Positions 1 through 9,344 of a stretch of 64,000 bases of DNA are shown in pieces. The notes beneath the pieces are model-generated. The model saw only the letters and a program-made list of their open reading frames with translations, was not told the origin of the DNA and did no database searches. The stretch covers positions 36,979 through 100,978 of the forward strand of contig CBFIGY010000008.1 in the NCBI GenBank assembly GCA_965662235.1. The letters are read 5' to 3'. Each line of letters opens with the position of its first letter. Positions within the stretch are counted from its first letter, which is position 1. Source of the stretch: an uncultured bacterium (GTDB taxonomy: Bacteria; SAR324; NAC60-12). Made by a program: the position numbers and the translations under genes.

Positions 1-56
1 TGGTGGTCTCGATGCAGAAGCTCTTCATCCGCGGTCTTGTAGACGGCGAGAAATGA
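1..56 (+). CDS. C-terminal end of carbohydrate/glycerol-3-phosphate ABC permease (UgpE-like), truncated by the window edge
   Basis: Frame 3 reads VVSMQKLFIRGLVDGEK*, a typical CUT1 permease C-terminus; stop is 4 nt before the ugpC start. Confidence 0.7.
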   Translation, partial: VVSMQKLFIRGLVDGEK

Positions 57-60
57 CCAG

Positions 61-1122
61 ATGGCGACCGTAACGCTTAAGAACCTGCGCAAGAGTTTTG
101 GCGCAACCGACGTGATCCACGGGATCGACATGGAGATCGCCGATGGGGAATTCATTGTGATCGTGGGGCCTTCGGGCTGTGGCAAGTCCACCCTGCTGCG
201 GATGGTGGCCGGATTGGAAACCGTGACTGCGGGGGAGGTGCTGATTGGAGGAGAGCGGGCCAATGACAAGGAGCCGATGGACCGCGACATTGCCATGGTG
301 TTCCAGAACTACGCCCTTTACCCGCACATGACGGTGGCGCAGAACATGGGCTACGGACTGAAGATCGCCGGCATGCCCAAGCCCGAAATTGCGGCCAAGG
401 TTGAAGCGGCAGCGCAGCTGCTTCAGCTGGAAGGACTGCTCGACCGGCGCCCCAAGCAGCTTTCCGGAGGGCAGCGGCAGCGGGTTGCCATGGGCCGTGC
501 CATTGTGCGCGAGCCGTCGGTCTTCCTCTTTGATGAGCCGCTTTCCAACCTTGATGCGAAGCTCCGGGTGCAGATGCGTCTGGAAATCAAGGAGCTGCAG
601 TCCAAACTCGGCATCACCGCGCTCTACGTCACCCACGATCAGGTGGAGGCGATGACGATGGCCGACCGGATGATTGTGATGAACGAAGGTCGGGCGGAGC
701 AGATCGGCACTCCGCTTGAGGTCTATGAGCAGCCCCAGTCCCTGTTTGCTGCGCAGTTCATCGGCAGCCCAGCGATGAATGTGCTAGATGCCCGAATTGC
801 TGGCGGGCAGGTGGTGTTGGGGAACGTTCCCGTCGCGTCGACCTCGGTCCGTGAGGGTGCGGTGAAGTTGGGCATCCGACCGGAGCATTTGAAGCCTGAC
901 GACTCCGGTCCGCTGGCAATGGAGTTGCGGCTTTCCGAACCGCTCGGGGCCAACACGCTGCTGCATGGCCGACTCGTTGAAGGCGGCGTGGGGTTCACCG
1001 CCAGTCTCAATGGTGTGCACCAGGCCGATCGCAGTAACCGCACCATGCACTTCACAGTCGATTCCCGGGACTGCCACCTGTTTGATCCTGAAACCGGCCG
1101 CCGGCTCACGCCCACCGCATGA
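61..1122 (+). CDS. ugpC: ABC transporter ATP-binding protein, UgpC/MalK family
   Basis: Walker A GPSGCGKS, Q-loop VFQNYALYPH, signature LSGGQRQR, Walker B FLFDEPLSNLD, C-terminal TOBE region. Confidence 0.88.
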   Translation: MATVTLKNLRKSFGATDVIHGIDMEIADGEFIVIVGPSGCGKSTLLRMVAGLETVTAGEVLIGGERANDKEPMDRDIAMVFQNYALYPHMTVAQNMGYGLKIAGMPKPEIAAKVEAAAQLLQLEGLLDRRPKQLSGGQRQRVAMGRAIVREPSVFLFDEPLSNLDAKLRVQMRLEIKELQSKLGITALYVTHDQVEAMTMADRMIVMNEGRAEQIGTPLEVYEQPQSLFAAQFIGSPAMNVLDARIAGGQVVLGNVPVASTSVREGAVKLGIRPEHLKPDDSGPLAMELRLSEPLGANTLLHGRLVEGGVGFTASLNGVHQADRSNRTMHFTVDSRDCHLFDPETGRRLTPTA

Positions 1123-1226
1123 GGAACGCCTGCCTTCCGGGGGTTTTCATCTGAACGGTTCCTGATAAGGTAATGAGGACTGTTTTGTTTTTTGGAACTC
1201 CTCAAACTGATGCACAGGAACCCTCT

Positions 1227-1892
1227 ATGCTCACGCTTTACACCGCCCCTACTCCCAACGGACACAAGGTCTCCATTGCCTTGGAAGAGTTGGGTCTTCC
1301 CTACGACATGGTCGCCTTCGACCTCATGTCCCTTGATCAGAAGAAGCCGGACTTCCTAGCCCTCAATCCGAACGGCCGCATTCCGACCCTAGTCGATCAC
1401 GACGAGGAAGATTTTGTCATCATTGAGTCTGGAGCGATCCTGATCTACTTGGCAGAAAAAACGGGGAAGCTGCTGCCGACGAATCCGAAGAAGCGCTCTG
1501 AGGCGTTGCAGTGGCTGATGTTTCAGATGGGGGGCGTGGGACCGATGCAGGGGCAGGCGCACGTTTTCTACCGCTATGCGCCTGAGAAGATTCCGTATGC
1601 CATTGAACGCTACCAGAAGGAAACTCGGCGGCTTTACGAGGTGCTGAACACGCGGCTTGAGGGACGCGAATTCCTAGCAGATGAATATTCCATTGCGGAT
1701 ATTGCCACCTGGCCTTGGGTCCGGATCCACGAGTGGGCGGGTTTGGAGACAGCAGACCTGCCCCACCTCTCGAGGTGGATGGACACCATGGCGGCTCGTC
1801 CTGCGTGTCAGGCGGGCATCCTCAAGCCTCAGCGTGAAGACGAGCGCCCCCAGAAGAACGTGGCCGCGTTTGCTGAAAAAGTCCTCGTCTAG
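1227..1892 (+). CDS. Glutathione S-transferase, YfcG/Nu-class-like
   Basis: TPNG motif, [27 protein letters not shown] at 1227 preferred over the upstream in-frame start at 1173. Confidence 0.9.
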   Translation: MLTLYTAPTPNGHKVSIALEELGLPYDMVAFDLMSLDQKKPDFLALNPNGRIPTLVDHDEEDFVIIESGAILIYLAEKTGKLLPTNPKKRSEALQWLMFQMGGVGPMQGQAHVFYRYAPEKIPYAIERYQKETRRLYEVLNTRLEGREFLADEYSIADIATWPWVRIHEWAGLETADLPHLSRWMDTMAARPACQAGILKPQREDERPQKNVAAFAEKVLV

Positions 1893-2416
1893 TTGGAATC
1901 CTCATGCAACCAGCGGGCGTGCTCAGGCGCCCGCTTGGTGCGCGACCACTCCTCCAGCATCTCCCACTTCACTTCGTCCAACCGCTCATTCATCTCCGGT
2001 GTGTCCGTATTGAACGCCAGCTCCAGCCGGAGCCCGTTGGGGTCAAAGAAGTAGATCGACTGAAACAGCTTGTGGTCCGTTGGGCCAACCACCTCAATGC
2101 CATCGGCCTCCAACCGCTCCTTCACCTGCAGGAGCGTTTCCAAGGAGTCGACTTCCATGGCGAAGTGCTGCACCCACTTGGGCGTGTTCGGGTCGGCTCC
2201 CAAAGGTGGCTTGGTCGGCAGCTCAAAGAAGGCGAGGATGTTGCCGTCCCCGGCCTTGAGGAAGATGTGCATGTACGGATCCGGCTCCTTGGTGGAGGGA
2301 ACCTGGTTTTCCGCAATGGCGAGCACAAACTCCATGTCGAGGTACTTTTGGTACCACTCCACAGTCGCCTTGGCGTCATGGCATCGGTAGGCCACATGGT
2401 GAATCTTCTGAATCAT
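1889..2416 (-). CDS. VOC (glyoxalase/dioxygenase) family metalloprotein
   Basis: [25 protein letters not shown] (H/H/E metal ligands). Confidence 0.88.
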   Translation of the reverse strand: MIQKIHHVAYRCHDAKATVEWYQKYLDMEFVLAIAENQVPSTKEPDPYMHIFLKAGDGNILAFFELPTKPPLGADPNTPKWVQHFAMEVDSLETLLQVKERLEADGIEVVGPTDHKLFQSIYFFDPNGLRLELAFNTDTPEMNERLDEVKWEMLEEWSRTKRAPEHARWLHEDSN

Positions 2417-2453
2417 CTTTCCTCCTCACAAGCGTTGAGCAGCAAGCTGGCGT

Positions 2454-2672
2454 CTACAGGTTCTTCCGAGCCACCTGCAGGGCTTCGCGCAGCACCTCCA
2501 GGTCACCGATGTGATTGGAGAGCAGCAGCACCAACCGGGCATTCAGCGCGCTGCTCTGTTCATCACTCAGGCCCTGGTGGGCCGCAATCAGGGCTTCGTA
2601 AAAGTTATCACCCGCAGGATAGGCCGAGGCCGAGGTGGCCTCGAAGTAGTGCGGTTCCGTAATCAGGGGCAT
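2454..2672 (-). CDS. DUF2783 family small protein
   Basis: DNFYEALIAAHQGLSDEQSSALNARLVLLLSNHIGD pattern; typical position after the FAD oxidoreductase. Confidence 0.85.
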   Translation of the reverse strand: MPLITEPHYFEATSASAYPAGDNFYEALIAAHQGLSDEQSSALNARLVLLLSNHIGDLEVLREALQVARKNL

Positions 2673-2681
2673 GCCAATTCC

Positions 2682-4334
2682 TTAGAGACAGGTCGCCTTT
2701 TCCAAGGCTGCTTGAAGGGCTTCTAGGTCAAATGAGCGCCAGCGTGCCGCCACATGCTGGTCCGGACGAATCAGGTACGTGGTCCCAGGAAGTCCTTTGT
2801 AGCGGTCGATCACAAAGCGCGCAGGATCTTGGATGGGGATCACTTCCTCTGGGATCGGTGGCGTGGGGTTGATGAGTACGACACGAGCAGGGAAGGGACC
2901 CTCCAGCAACGCCTGAAGGTCCTGTTGGGAAAGAGGCGCCTCCGGATCATCAAACGTCAGCACCCGGAATTCCGGACCAAAGTGCTGCAGCAACCACGAG
3001 GGTTCCGTGCCGTGCAGCACCCGTGCATCGTCCATCGGAGCCCCCGGGACCATAGGGCCTCCTTCTGGAAAGGCATCCGGAGAGTTGAGGGACGAGTCGC
3101 GCAGGGTCGCCGGCAGAGACAGGCGTCCGGAATTGACGAGGCGTCGAGCAAAGGCGTGCTCCTCTGCCAGATCCAGCACTGCATCCCGGAAGGTGTGCTC
3201 CATCGGCGTTTTGGGCGTCATGAAGTTGGTGGAGCGGCTGGAGTTGCGGATGTTCTCATCGGCCCCGTACGTTCGTTCCTCGTTGTAGCTCTCCAACAAC
3301 TCCTTCGGGGCCTTTCTTTTCAGCACTGCCGCCAGCTTCCAGATCAGATTGTCGACATCCTGAATGCCGCCATTGCCACCCCGGGCGCCAAAAGGCGAGA
3401 CGATGTGGGCGGAATCGCCAACAAAGAGGACGCGTCCGTGGACAAAGCGCTCCAGGCGCCGGCACTGGAAGGTGTAGACCGAGACCCAGTCCAGTTCAAA
3501 GGGACGGTTTCCAACAGCAGCCTGAATGCGGGGGATGACCCGCTCCGGACGTTTCTCTTCCTCAGGGTCCGCGTCCCAGCCCAGCTGCAGGTCAATGCGG
3601 TAGATGTTGTCGGGCTGCTTGTGGAGCAGGGCGGACTGTCCTGGATGAAACGGAGGCTCAAACCAGAACCACCGCTCCGAGGGGAAATCCGCCTGCATTT
3701 CCACGTCGGCAATGAGAAAGCGCTCCTCAAAGATTTGCCCCTCAAACTCCAGGCCCAGCTGTTCACGCAGCGATGACTTGGCGCCGTCACAGGCGAGCAC
3801 GTAATCGGCTTCCAGCGAGTAGGTGCCTTCCGGAGTGTCCAGGGTCAGCGTTACTCCAGAGGCGTTGTGCTCAAGCCCTGTGACCTTGTTCTTCCAGCGC
3901 AGCTCAATCGTGTCGGGAAAGTCATGGGTCCGCTCGACAAGGTACTGCTCCACGTAGTACTGCTGGAGGTTGATGAACGCGGGCATCTTGTGCCCTGAAT
4001 GCGGAAGCAGGTCAAAGTTCCAGATCTCTTGGTCACCGTGGAACAGGCGGCCGACCTTCCAGGTGACGCCCTTCTCCACCATGCGATCCCCGATGCCGAG
4101 CCGGTCGCAGATCTCCAGGGTTCGCTTCGACCAGCAGATTGCGCGACTGCCCACCGAGACGACGTTGTTGTCATCAAGCACGACACACTCAATTCCCCGG
4201 AGCGCCAAGTCGATTGCTGCGGCCAGCCCCACAGGTCCGGCTCCGACAATGGCGACCGGCCAACGGCGACCAGTCCCTCCGGACAGCTCAGGAGGCGGGG
4301 TGTAGGGAAACGGTTCGTAGGAGTAGCGGGGCAT
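2682..4334 (-). CDS. FAD-dependent aromatic monooxygenase/oxidoreductase (FAD_binding_3 family)
   Basis: GAGPVG Rossmann motif, ACDGAKS, GDSAHIVSPFGARGGNGGIQD, C-terminal LIRPDQHV. Confidence 0.88.
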   Translation of the reverse strand: MPRYSYEPFPYTPPPELSGGTGRRWPVAIVGAGPVGLAAAIDLALRGIECVVLDDNNVVSVGSRAICWSKRTLEICDRLGIGDRMVEKGVTWKVGRLFHGDQEIWNFDLLPHSGHKMPAFINLQQYYVEQYLVERTHDFPDTIELRWKNKVTGLEHNASGVTLTLDTPEGTYSLEADYVLACDGAKSSLREQLGLEFEGQIFEERFLIADVEMQADFPSERWFWFEPPFHPGQSALLHKQPDNIYRIDLQLGWDADPEEEKRPERVIPRIQAAVGNRPFELDWVSVYTFQCRRLERFVHGRVLFVGDSAHIVSPFGARGGNGGIQDVDNLIWKLAAVLKRKAPKELLESYNEERTYGADENIRNSSRSTNFMTPKTPMEHTFRDAVLDLAEEHAFARRLVNSGRLSLPATLRDSSLNSPDAFPEGGPMVPGAPMDDARVLHGTEPSWLLQHFGPEFRVLTFDDPEAPLSQQDLQALLEGPFPARVVLINPTPPIPEEVIPIQDPARFVIDRYKGLPGTTYLIRPDQHVAARWRSFDLEALQAALEKATCL

Positions 4335-4337
4335 GAG

Positions 4338-5291
4338 TCAGCTCTGGAGAGAGGCCCACATCTGCTGATCGCGTTCGGCCGTCCAGATGCGAGGGTGGTC
4401 CAGCCCGGAGGCTTCGTCATAGGCGCGGGCGACGTTAAAGGGCAGGCAGTGCTCATAGATCGCAAAGCTGGCGTACTTCGGATCGCAAACCTCCCGGCAC
4501 ATGGCCATGGCGTCCTTGAGCGAACGTCCCTGAGCCGCCGCCGCCGCCACGGGGGTGTAGGTATCGTGCAGGAAGTTTTGAGTCAGGCGAATGGCTTCCT
4601 CGACATCATCCGGGGCGGTGAGGGCGTCTCCACGTCCGGGCACTAGGGCCTTGGGCTGGAACTCCCGGAGCTTGCCGATGGTGGTGGGCCAGTCCGTAAA
4701 GTGAGCGTCGCCGCAGTAGCAGGCGGAGTGGAATTCCACGGTGTCTCCTGAAAACATCACCCCAGCATCCGGGACCCACACCACGGTGTCTCCAGCAGTG
4801 TGCGCCCGTCCGAGGTGCATGATCTCAACACGACGTTTGCCCAGGTAGACCGTCATCTTGTTGGTGAAGGTCAGGGTGGGCCAGGTGAGTCCGGGGATGG
4901 ATTCTGCCGCCTGAAAGAGCCGAGGGAATCGGCCATACTCACTGTCCCAGTCCTCCTGTCCGCGTTCCACAATCAGTGAGCGGGTGGCGGCCGAGGCGAT
5001 GATCTGTTGGGGCTGATACGCGGCGGCACCGAGAACCCGGACGGCGTGGTAGTGGCTGAGAACAACGTACTGAATCGGCTTGTCGGTGACCTCCCGGATG
5101 TACTGCAGAACCTGCTGTGCCATCACCGGAGTCGCCTGCGTGTCAATCACCATCACCGAGTCCTCTCCCACAATCACCCCGGTGTTGGGATCCCCCTCTG
5201 CGGTAAAGGCATAGAGCCCCTCGCCGAGTTGCGTAAAGCTGATGTTCTTGGCTTCAGTGTCTCCAACAGAGGCAAAGGCTTTGGAAGTCAT
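4338..5291 (-). CDS. MBL-fold metallo-hydrolase
   Basis: SHYHAVR (HxHxxR variant), AHTAGD, FSGD, VPGRG; ATG at 5291 (MTSKAFAS). Confidence 0.85.
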   Translation of the reverse strand: MTSKAFASVGDTEAKNISFTQLGEGLYAFTAEGDPNTGVIVGEDSVMVIDTQATPVMAQQVLQYIREVTDKPIQYVVLSHYHAVRVLGAAAYQPQQIIASAATRSLIVERGQEDWDSEYGRFPRLFQAAESIPGLTWPTLTFTNKMTVYLGKRRVEIMHLGRAHTAGDTVVWVPDAGVMFSGDTVEFHSACYCGDAHFTDWPTTIGKLREFQPKALVPGRGDALTAPDDVEEAIRLTQNFLHDTYTPVAAAAAQGRSLKDAMAMCREVCDPKYASFAIYEHCLPFNVARAYDEASGLDHPRIWTAERDQQMWASLQS

Positions 5292-5346
5292 GCACGGTTC
5301 TCCAGTGAGGGTTGGGTCAAGTTGAGGATCAATCAGCGCCCGGATG

Positions 5347-6360
5347 TCAGAGGGGCTGAACCTCTTGTTCAATGGCTCCGAAGAGGCTTGCTCCGGAAGC
5401 GGTACGCATTTCAATGCGCACCTGGTCGCCATAATTCATGAACGGCGTCTCAATTGTGTCGTGGAGGATCTTCTCCACCATGCGGACCTCTGCCAGGCAG
5501 GAGTACCCCACGCCACCTTCGCGGATGGGGCGTCCGGGACCACCGTCAGCGCCCCGATTGGAAACGGTGCCCGACCCCATCACGGTGCCGGCTCCCAGCG
5601 CACGAGTCCGGGCCGCATGCGCAATCAGTTGTGGAAAGTCAAAGGTCATGTCCACTCCGGCGTTTGCCTGACCAAACGGCTCGCCGTTGTAGGTTACTTC
5701 CAGCGGCAGGTGGACCTTGCGACCGTCCCAGGCACTTCCCAGCTCATCAGGAGTCACAAAGACGGGTGCAAACGCCGAGGAGGGTTTGGACTGAAAGAAG
5801 CCGAAGCCCTTTCCCAGCTCATTGGGAATGAGGTTCCGCAGGGAAAGGTCATTGACGAGTCCGATGAGGAGGATCTTGTCCTGAGCCTCGTCTGGTGAGG
5901 CGCCATAGGGAACGTCATGGGTGACCACGACCACCTCAGCCTCAAAGTCGATGCCCCAGCTGGGATCCGCTACCTTGATGGGCTCACACGGTCCCAGGAA
6001 GGTATCGGAGCCTCCTTGGTACATCAAGGGATCGTGCCAGAAGCTTTCTGGCATTTCGGCGCCTCGAGCCTTGCGGACGAGCTCCACATGGTTGACGTAC
6101 GCTGAGCCGTCGGCCCACTGATACGCCCGCGGAAGCGGCGCTAGGCACTCCTGAGGTCGAAACTCCAGGGCCTGGGCAAACTGCCCGACGTTGAGGCGCT
6201 CTGAAACCTCCCGGAGGCGGCGAGACACGTGGTCCCACTCATCAAGAGCCTGCTGCAGGGTGGTGGCCAGTTCCGGAACCGTCACACATCGACGAAGGTC
6301 CCGAGACACCACAGCCAGTTGACCGTCTCGGCTTCCGTTGGGCAGGGTCGCAAGTTTCAT
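5347..6360 (-). CDS. Fumarylacetoacetate hydrolase family protein
   Basis: DFEAEV, VNDLSLRN, FFQSKP, GSGTVSN; N-terminal MKLATL...RDGQL. Confidence 0.9.
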   Translation of the reverse strand: MKLATLPNGSRDGQLAVVSRDLRRCVTVPELATTLQQALDEWDHVSRRLREVSERLNVGQFAQALEFRPQECLAPLPRAYQWADGSAYVNHVELVRKARGAEMPESFWHDPLMYQGGSDTFLGPCEPIKVADPSWGIDFEAEVVVVTHDVPYGASPDEAQDKILLIGLVNDLSLRNLIPNELGKGFGFFQSKPSSAFAPVFVTPDELGSAWDGRKVHLPLEVTYNGEPFGQANAGVDMTFDFPQLIAHAARTRALGAGTVMGSGTVSNRGADGGPGRPIREGGVGYSCLAEVRMVEKILHDTIETPFMNYGDQVRIEMRTASGASLFGAIEQEVQPL

Positions 6361-6481
6361 AGAGGGCTTTGCATGGAAAGTCGGGGTTGAGGCAATGGGA
6401 AAGGGGGCAGGCGGGGGACGCGTGATTCTCGTGTTCCCTCAGGTGGTTGTCAAGAAAAATCCGGGCGCCCCGCCCTCCGCG

Positions 6482-7789
6482 TCATTCCTTGAGGAGGAAT
6501 CCTTGGCTGGCAGCAGTCATCCACTCGGGATCCTGGCTGCCACTCAACTCCCGGATGGAGTGCATGGACAGCTGGGCGAGGCCGACATCGACCGTGGGCA
6601 CCCCCAGTTCTGCGGACACCATCGGTCCGATCGTGCTTCCGCAAGCGAGATCGGTGCGGTTGACAAACTTCTGCACCGGAATGTGCCGTTGCCGGCAGAT
6701 CTGCTCAAAGAGTGCCTCTGTGGCGCCGTCGGTGGCATAGCGTCCCTGAGCGTTGATCTTGATGACGGGTCCGGCGTTGATCTGTGGAAAGTGCTGGGCG
6801 TCGTGCCGTTCCGGGTAGTTGGGGTGGATGGCGTGGGCCATGTCGGCAGAGAGCAGAACGGAACGCGCCAGTGCCGTTTCCTCGGCCTGTGCGATCCCGG
6901 AATCCTGAGCCAAACGCCGGACCATTGTCTTGAGGAAGGACGACGCGGCCCCTTTGACGGTTTCACTCCCAATCTCTTCATGGTCAAAGCAGGCGAGCAC
7001 CCGGGTGTGCGCACAGCTCTGTTGCCGGTCCCGGAGCAATGCTTCGAGGCCACAGAAGCAGGAACACAGGTTGTCCAGCCGAGGCGCTGAAAGGAACTCA
7101 TCCTGCTCCCCAAGCAGCGAACTCGGTTGGGTGTCAAACAGACTCAGTTCATGGCTCAAGATGGCTTCTGGACGGATTCCCAGTTCCTTTGCCACAAAGG
7201 CTTCCAGCGATTCGGTTTCAGCCAGCCGTCCCTGCAGTCCAAAGAGCGGCGGAAGGTGGTTCTGAGCATTGAGGACCAGGCCCTTCTCGTTGACGTCTCG
7301 GTTGAGGTGAATGGCCAGCAGCGGAATCCGGAGCAGCGGACGATCCACCCGCATCAGGGTCGACCGGACGGCACCGGACGCCTCACGGTAGTGAACGCGG
7401 CCTGCCAGAGCGAGGTCCCGGTCTGCCCAGCTGGAAAGGAGCACGCCCCCATAAACCTCCACACCCAGTTGACGGTAGCCGTGCTGACGAAGGTCCGGAA
7501 GGGGCTTCAGGCGCAGGTTGGGACTGTCGGTGTGGGCGCCAAAGATCCGGAAGCCATGCTCAGCGACGGCTCCTGTTCCTTGAATCCAAGCGATCAGGCT
7601 GGAGCCTCCGCGGATGACAAAGTAGGCCTGCCCCGGCTGGAGGTGCCAGGGGACCGATTCTTCGAGCTGCCGGAAACCGGAATCGGCCAGGCGCGCCCGG
7701 AGGCTTTCCACAGCATGAAAGGGCGTGGGAGAGGCGTCAATGAAACGAAGGAGGCTGTGGCTGATTTCGGCAGCAGGCATGGGGATCAC
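6482..7789 (-). CDS. apeB: M18 family aspartyl aminopeptidase
   Basis: SPTPFHAV, AHTDSP, RLDNL, DHEEIGS, SADMAHA, CGSTIGP, MHSIRE; start may be ATG at 7780. Confidence 0.9.
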   Translation of the reverse strand: MIPMPAAEISHSLLRFIDASPTPFHAVESLRARLADSGFRQLEESVPWHLQPGQAYFVIRGGSSLIAWIQGTGAVAEHGFRIFGAHTDSPNLRLKPLPDLRQHGYRQLGVEVYGGVLLSSWADRDLALAGRVHYREASGAVRSTLMRVDRPLLRIPLLAIHLNRDVNEKGLVLNAQNHLPPLFGLQGRLAETESLEAFVAKELGIRPEAILSHELSLFDTQPSSLLGEQDEFLSAPRLDNLCSCFCGLEALLRDRQQSCAHTRVLACFDHEEIGSETVKGAASSFLKTMVRRLAQDSGIAQAEETALARSVLLSADMAHAIHPNYPERHDAQHFPQINAGPVIKINAQGRYATDGATEALFEQICRQRHIPVQKFVNRTDLACGSTIGPMVSAELGVPTVDVGLAQLSMHSIRELSGSQDPEWMTAASQGFLLKE

Positions 7790-7801
7790 GGGTCAGAGGG
7801 T

Positions 7802-8431
7802 TTACTTACCTGATCGGAGCTGCCCTTCTTCGCCTGAGAGAAGGCGTGCAATGTTGGAGCGGTGCTTGTAGATGAGCAGTCCGGATAATGCAGTGAGGAG
7901 GAGAAGCCGTGCAGTGGACGACTCGTCACCCAGCAACGCGGGAAGCGCTGCGGTCCAGAGGGGCAGGGAGGCCAGCATGGTCAATGCTGCGAGGCTGGAG
8001 ATGCGTTTCCAAAGGAACATCCCGACCCACACCGCCGCCGCCGCCAACCCTGTGGGAAGGTGCAGTGCGGCCAAGACGCCAAACAAGGTGGAAACCCCCT
8101 TGCCGCCCTTGCCTTTGAGAAAGATGGAAAACACATGACCGCAGACCGCGACCACGGCAACAAGGGAAAGCCAGAAGTCTCGATCCACGCCTTCCAGTTC
8201 CGGACTCAGCAGTGCCTCTGCAAGCAGAACCGCAACGGTGCCCTTGGCAAAGTCGAGCACAAAGGTCAGGATGCCGGGGGTCTTTCCTCCCACCCGCATG
8301 ACGTTGGTCATGCCAATGTTGCCGCTGCCCTGGCTACGGATGTCGATGCCGAGGAAGTAGCGGCTGATCAACAGGCCGAAGGGGATGCCTCCGAGCAGGA
8401 ACGCCAGAACGAGGAGTGCCAGTTCGGTCAT
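7802..8431 (-). CDS. plsY: Glycerol-3-phosphate acyltransferase PlsY
   Basis: GSGNIGMTN, LDFAKG, GHVFS, GGKGVST, KHRSNI motifs; hydrophobic. Confidence 0.95.
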   Translation of the reverse strand: MTELALLVLAFLLGGIPFGLLISRYFLGIDIRSQGSGNIGMTNVMRVGGKTPGILTFVLDFAKGTVAVLLAEALLSPELEGVDRDFWLSLVAVVAVCGHVFSIFLKGKGGKGVSTLFGVLAALHLPTGLAAAAVWVGMFLWKRISSLAALTMLASLPLWTAALPALLGDESSTARLLLLTALSGLLIYKHRSNIARLLSGEEGQLRSGK

Positions 8432-8435
8432 GGGG

Positions 8436-9344
8436 CTACCACGCCGATTTTTTACGGGACCGGGCCGCGTCGATGCCCTGCTCGCGGATCAGCTGCAGCA
8501 GTTCTCGGTCGTCTCGGTGCTTGATCAGCGTCTGGGCGCCCCGGAGCTGCTGGATGTCTTGCGGGTCTTCGACTTCTTGCTGCACTAGGTAGGCGATCCA
8601 GTCGAGGATCTCGCTGGTGGAGGGGTTGCGGGTGAGGCCAAGCTCCCGGAGTTGGTAGAAGATCTGGAGCGCGGCTTCCACGAGAGGAGGTTTTGCCTGC
8701 GGGTGGTGCATGCGGATGATGTCCCGCATCCGGTCCGGAGGTGGGAATTCGATGTAGGCGTACACGCAGCGGCGCACAAATGGGGCCGGAAGGTCCTGTT
8801 CGTGGTTGGAGGTGATGACGATCACGGGCATCTCTCCGGGGCCACAGGCAATGACCTGACCGGTTTCCGGAACGACAATCCTGCGTTCTGAAAGAAGAAA
8901 CAGCAGGTTGTTGGGAAGCTCTCGAGGCGCCTTGTCGATTTCATCCAGCAGCAGCACTGACCCCGGGGTGGAGAAGGCCTGAGCTAAGGGGCCCAAGTGG
9001 ACGTACTGTTCCAGCTCATCCACGCGGCGACCACCGGTTTCGATGTGCATGTCAATGCCCGCTTGCTTCATCTGGGCGTTGGCAATGGCGGCTTGGGCGT
9101 CCATGAGGCGCTGGACCTCATCGAAGCGGGAAACCAGCTGCGAGACCTTGCTTTCCGAGGTGATGGGGACTTCAAAGAGGGGGGCTTGGGTGGCGGCCGC
9201 AAACTCTTGGGCGAGCTTGGTTTTGCCTGTGCCCGGTTCCCCTTCCAGCAGGAGGGGCTTTTCCAGCATCCGAGCGATGTGGAAGGCCTCCTCCAGCTTG
9301 GGGTCCAGCAGGTAGGTTGAGGTTCCGCTGAAGCTTGAGGACAT
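8436..9344 (-). CDS. MoxR-family AAA+ ATPase
   Basis: Walker A GEPGTGKT, Walker B LLLDEIDKA, ITSN sensor, LPAPFVRRC, PSTSEILDW. Confidence 0.88.
   Translation of the reverse strand: MSSSFSGTSTYLLDPKLEEAFHIARMLEKPLLLEGEPGTGKTKLAQEFAAATQAPLFEVPITSESKVSQLVSRFDEVQRLMDAQAAIANAQMKQAGIDMHIETGGRRVDELEQYVHLGPLAQAFSTPGSVLLLDEIDKAPRELPNNLLFLLSERRIVVPETGQVIACGPGEMPVIVITSNHEQDLPAPFVRRCVYAYIEFPPPDRMRDIIRMHHPQAKPPLVEAALQIFYQLRELGLTRNPSTSEILDWIAYLVQQEVEDPQDIQQLRGAQTLIKHRDDRELLQLIREQGIDAARSRKKSAW

Noticed and set aside
5292..5432. Upstream in-frame extensions of the MBL gene (and likewise GST, hom, fliA, fxsA and the ccsA-like ORF)
   Set aside because: They mostly overlap neighbouring genes and lack family similarity; internal ATG starts were chosen
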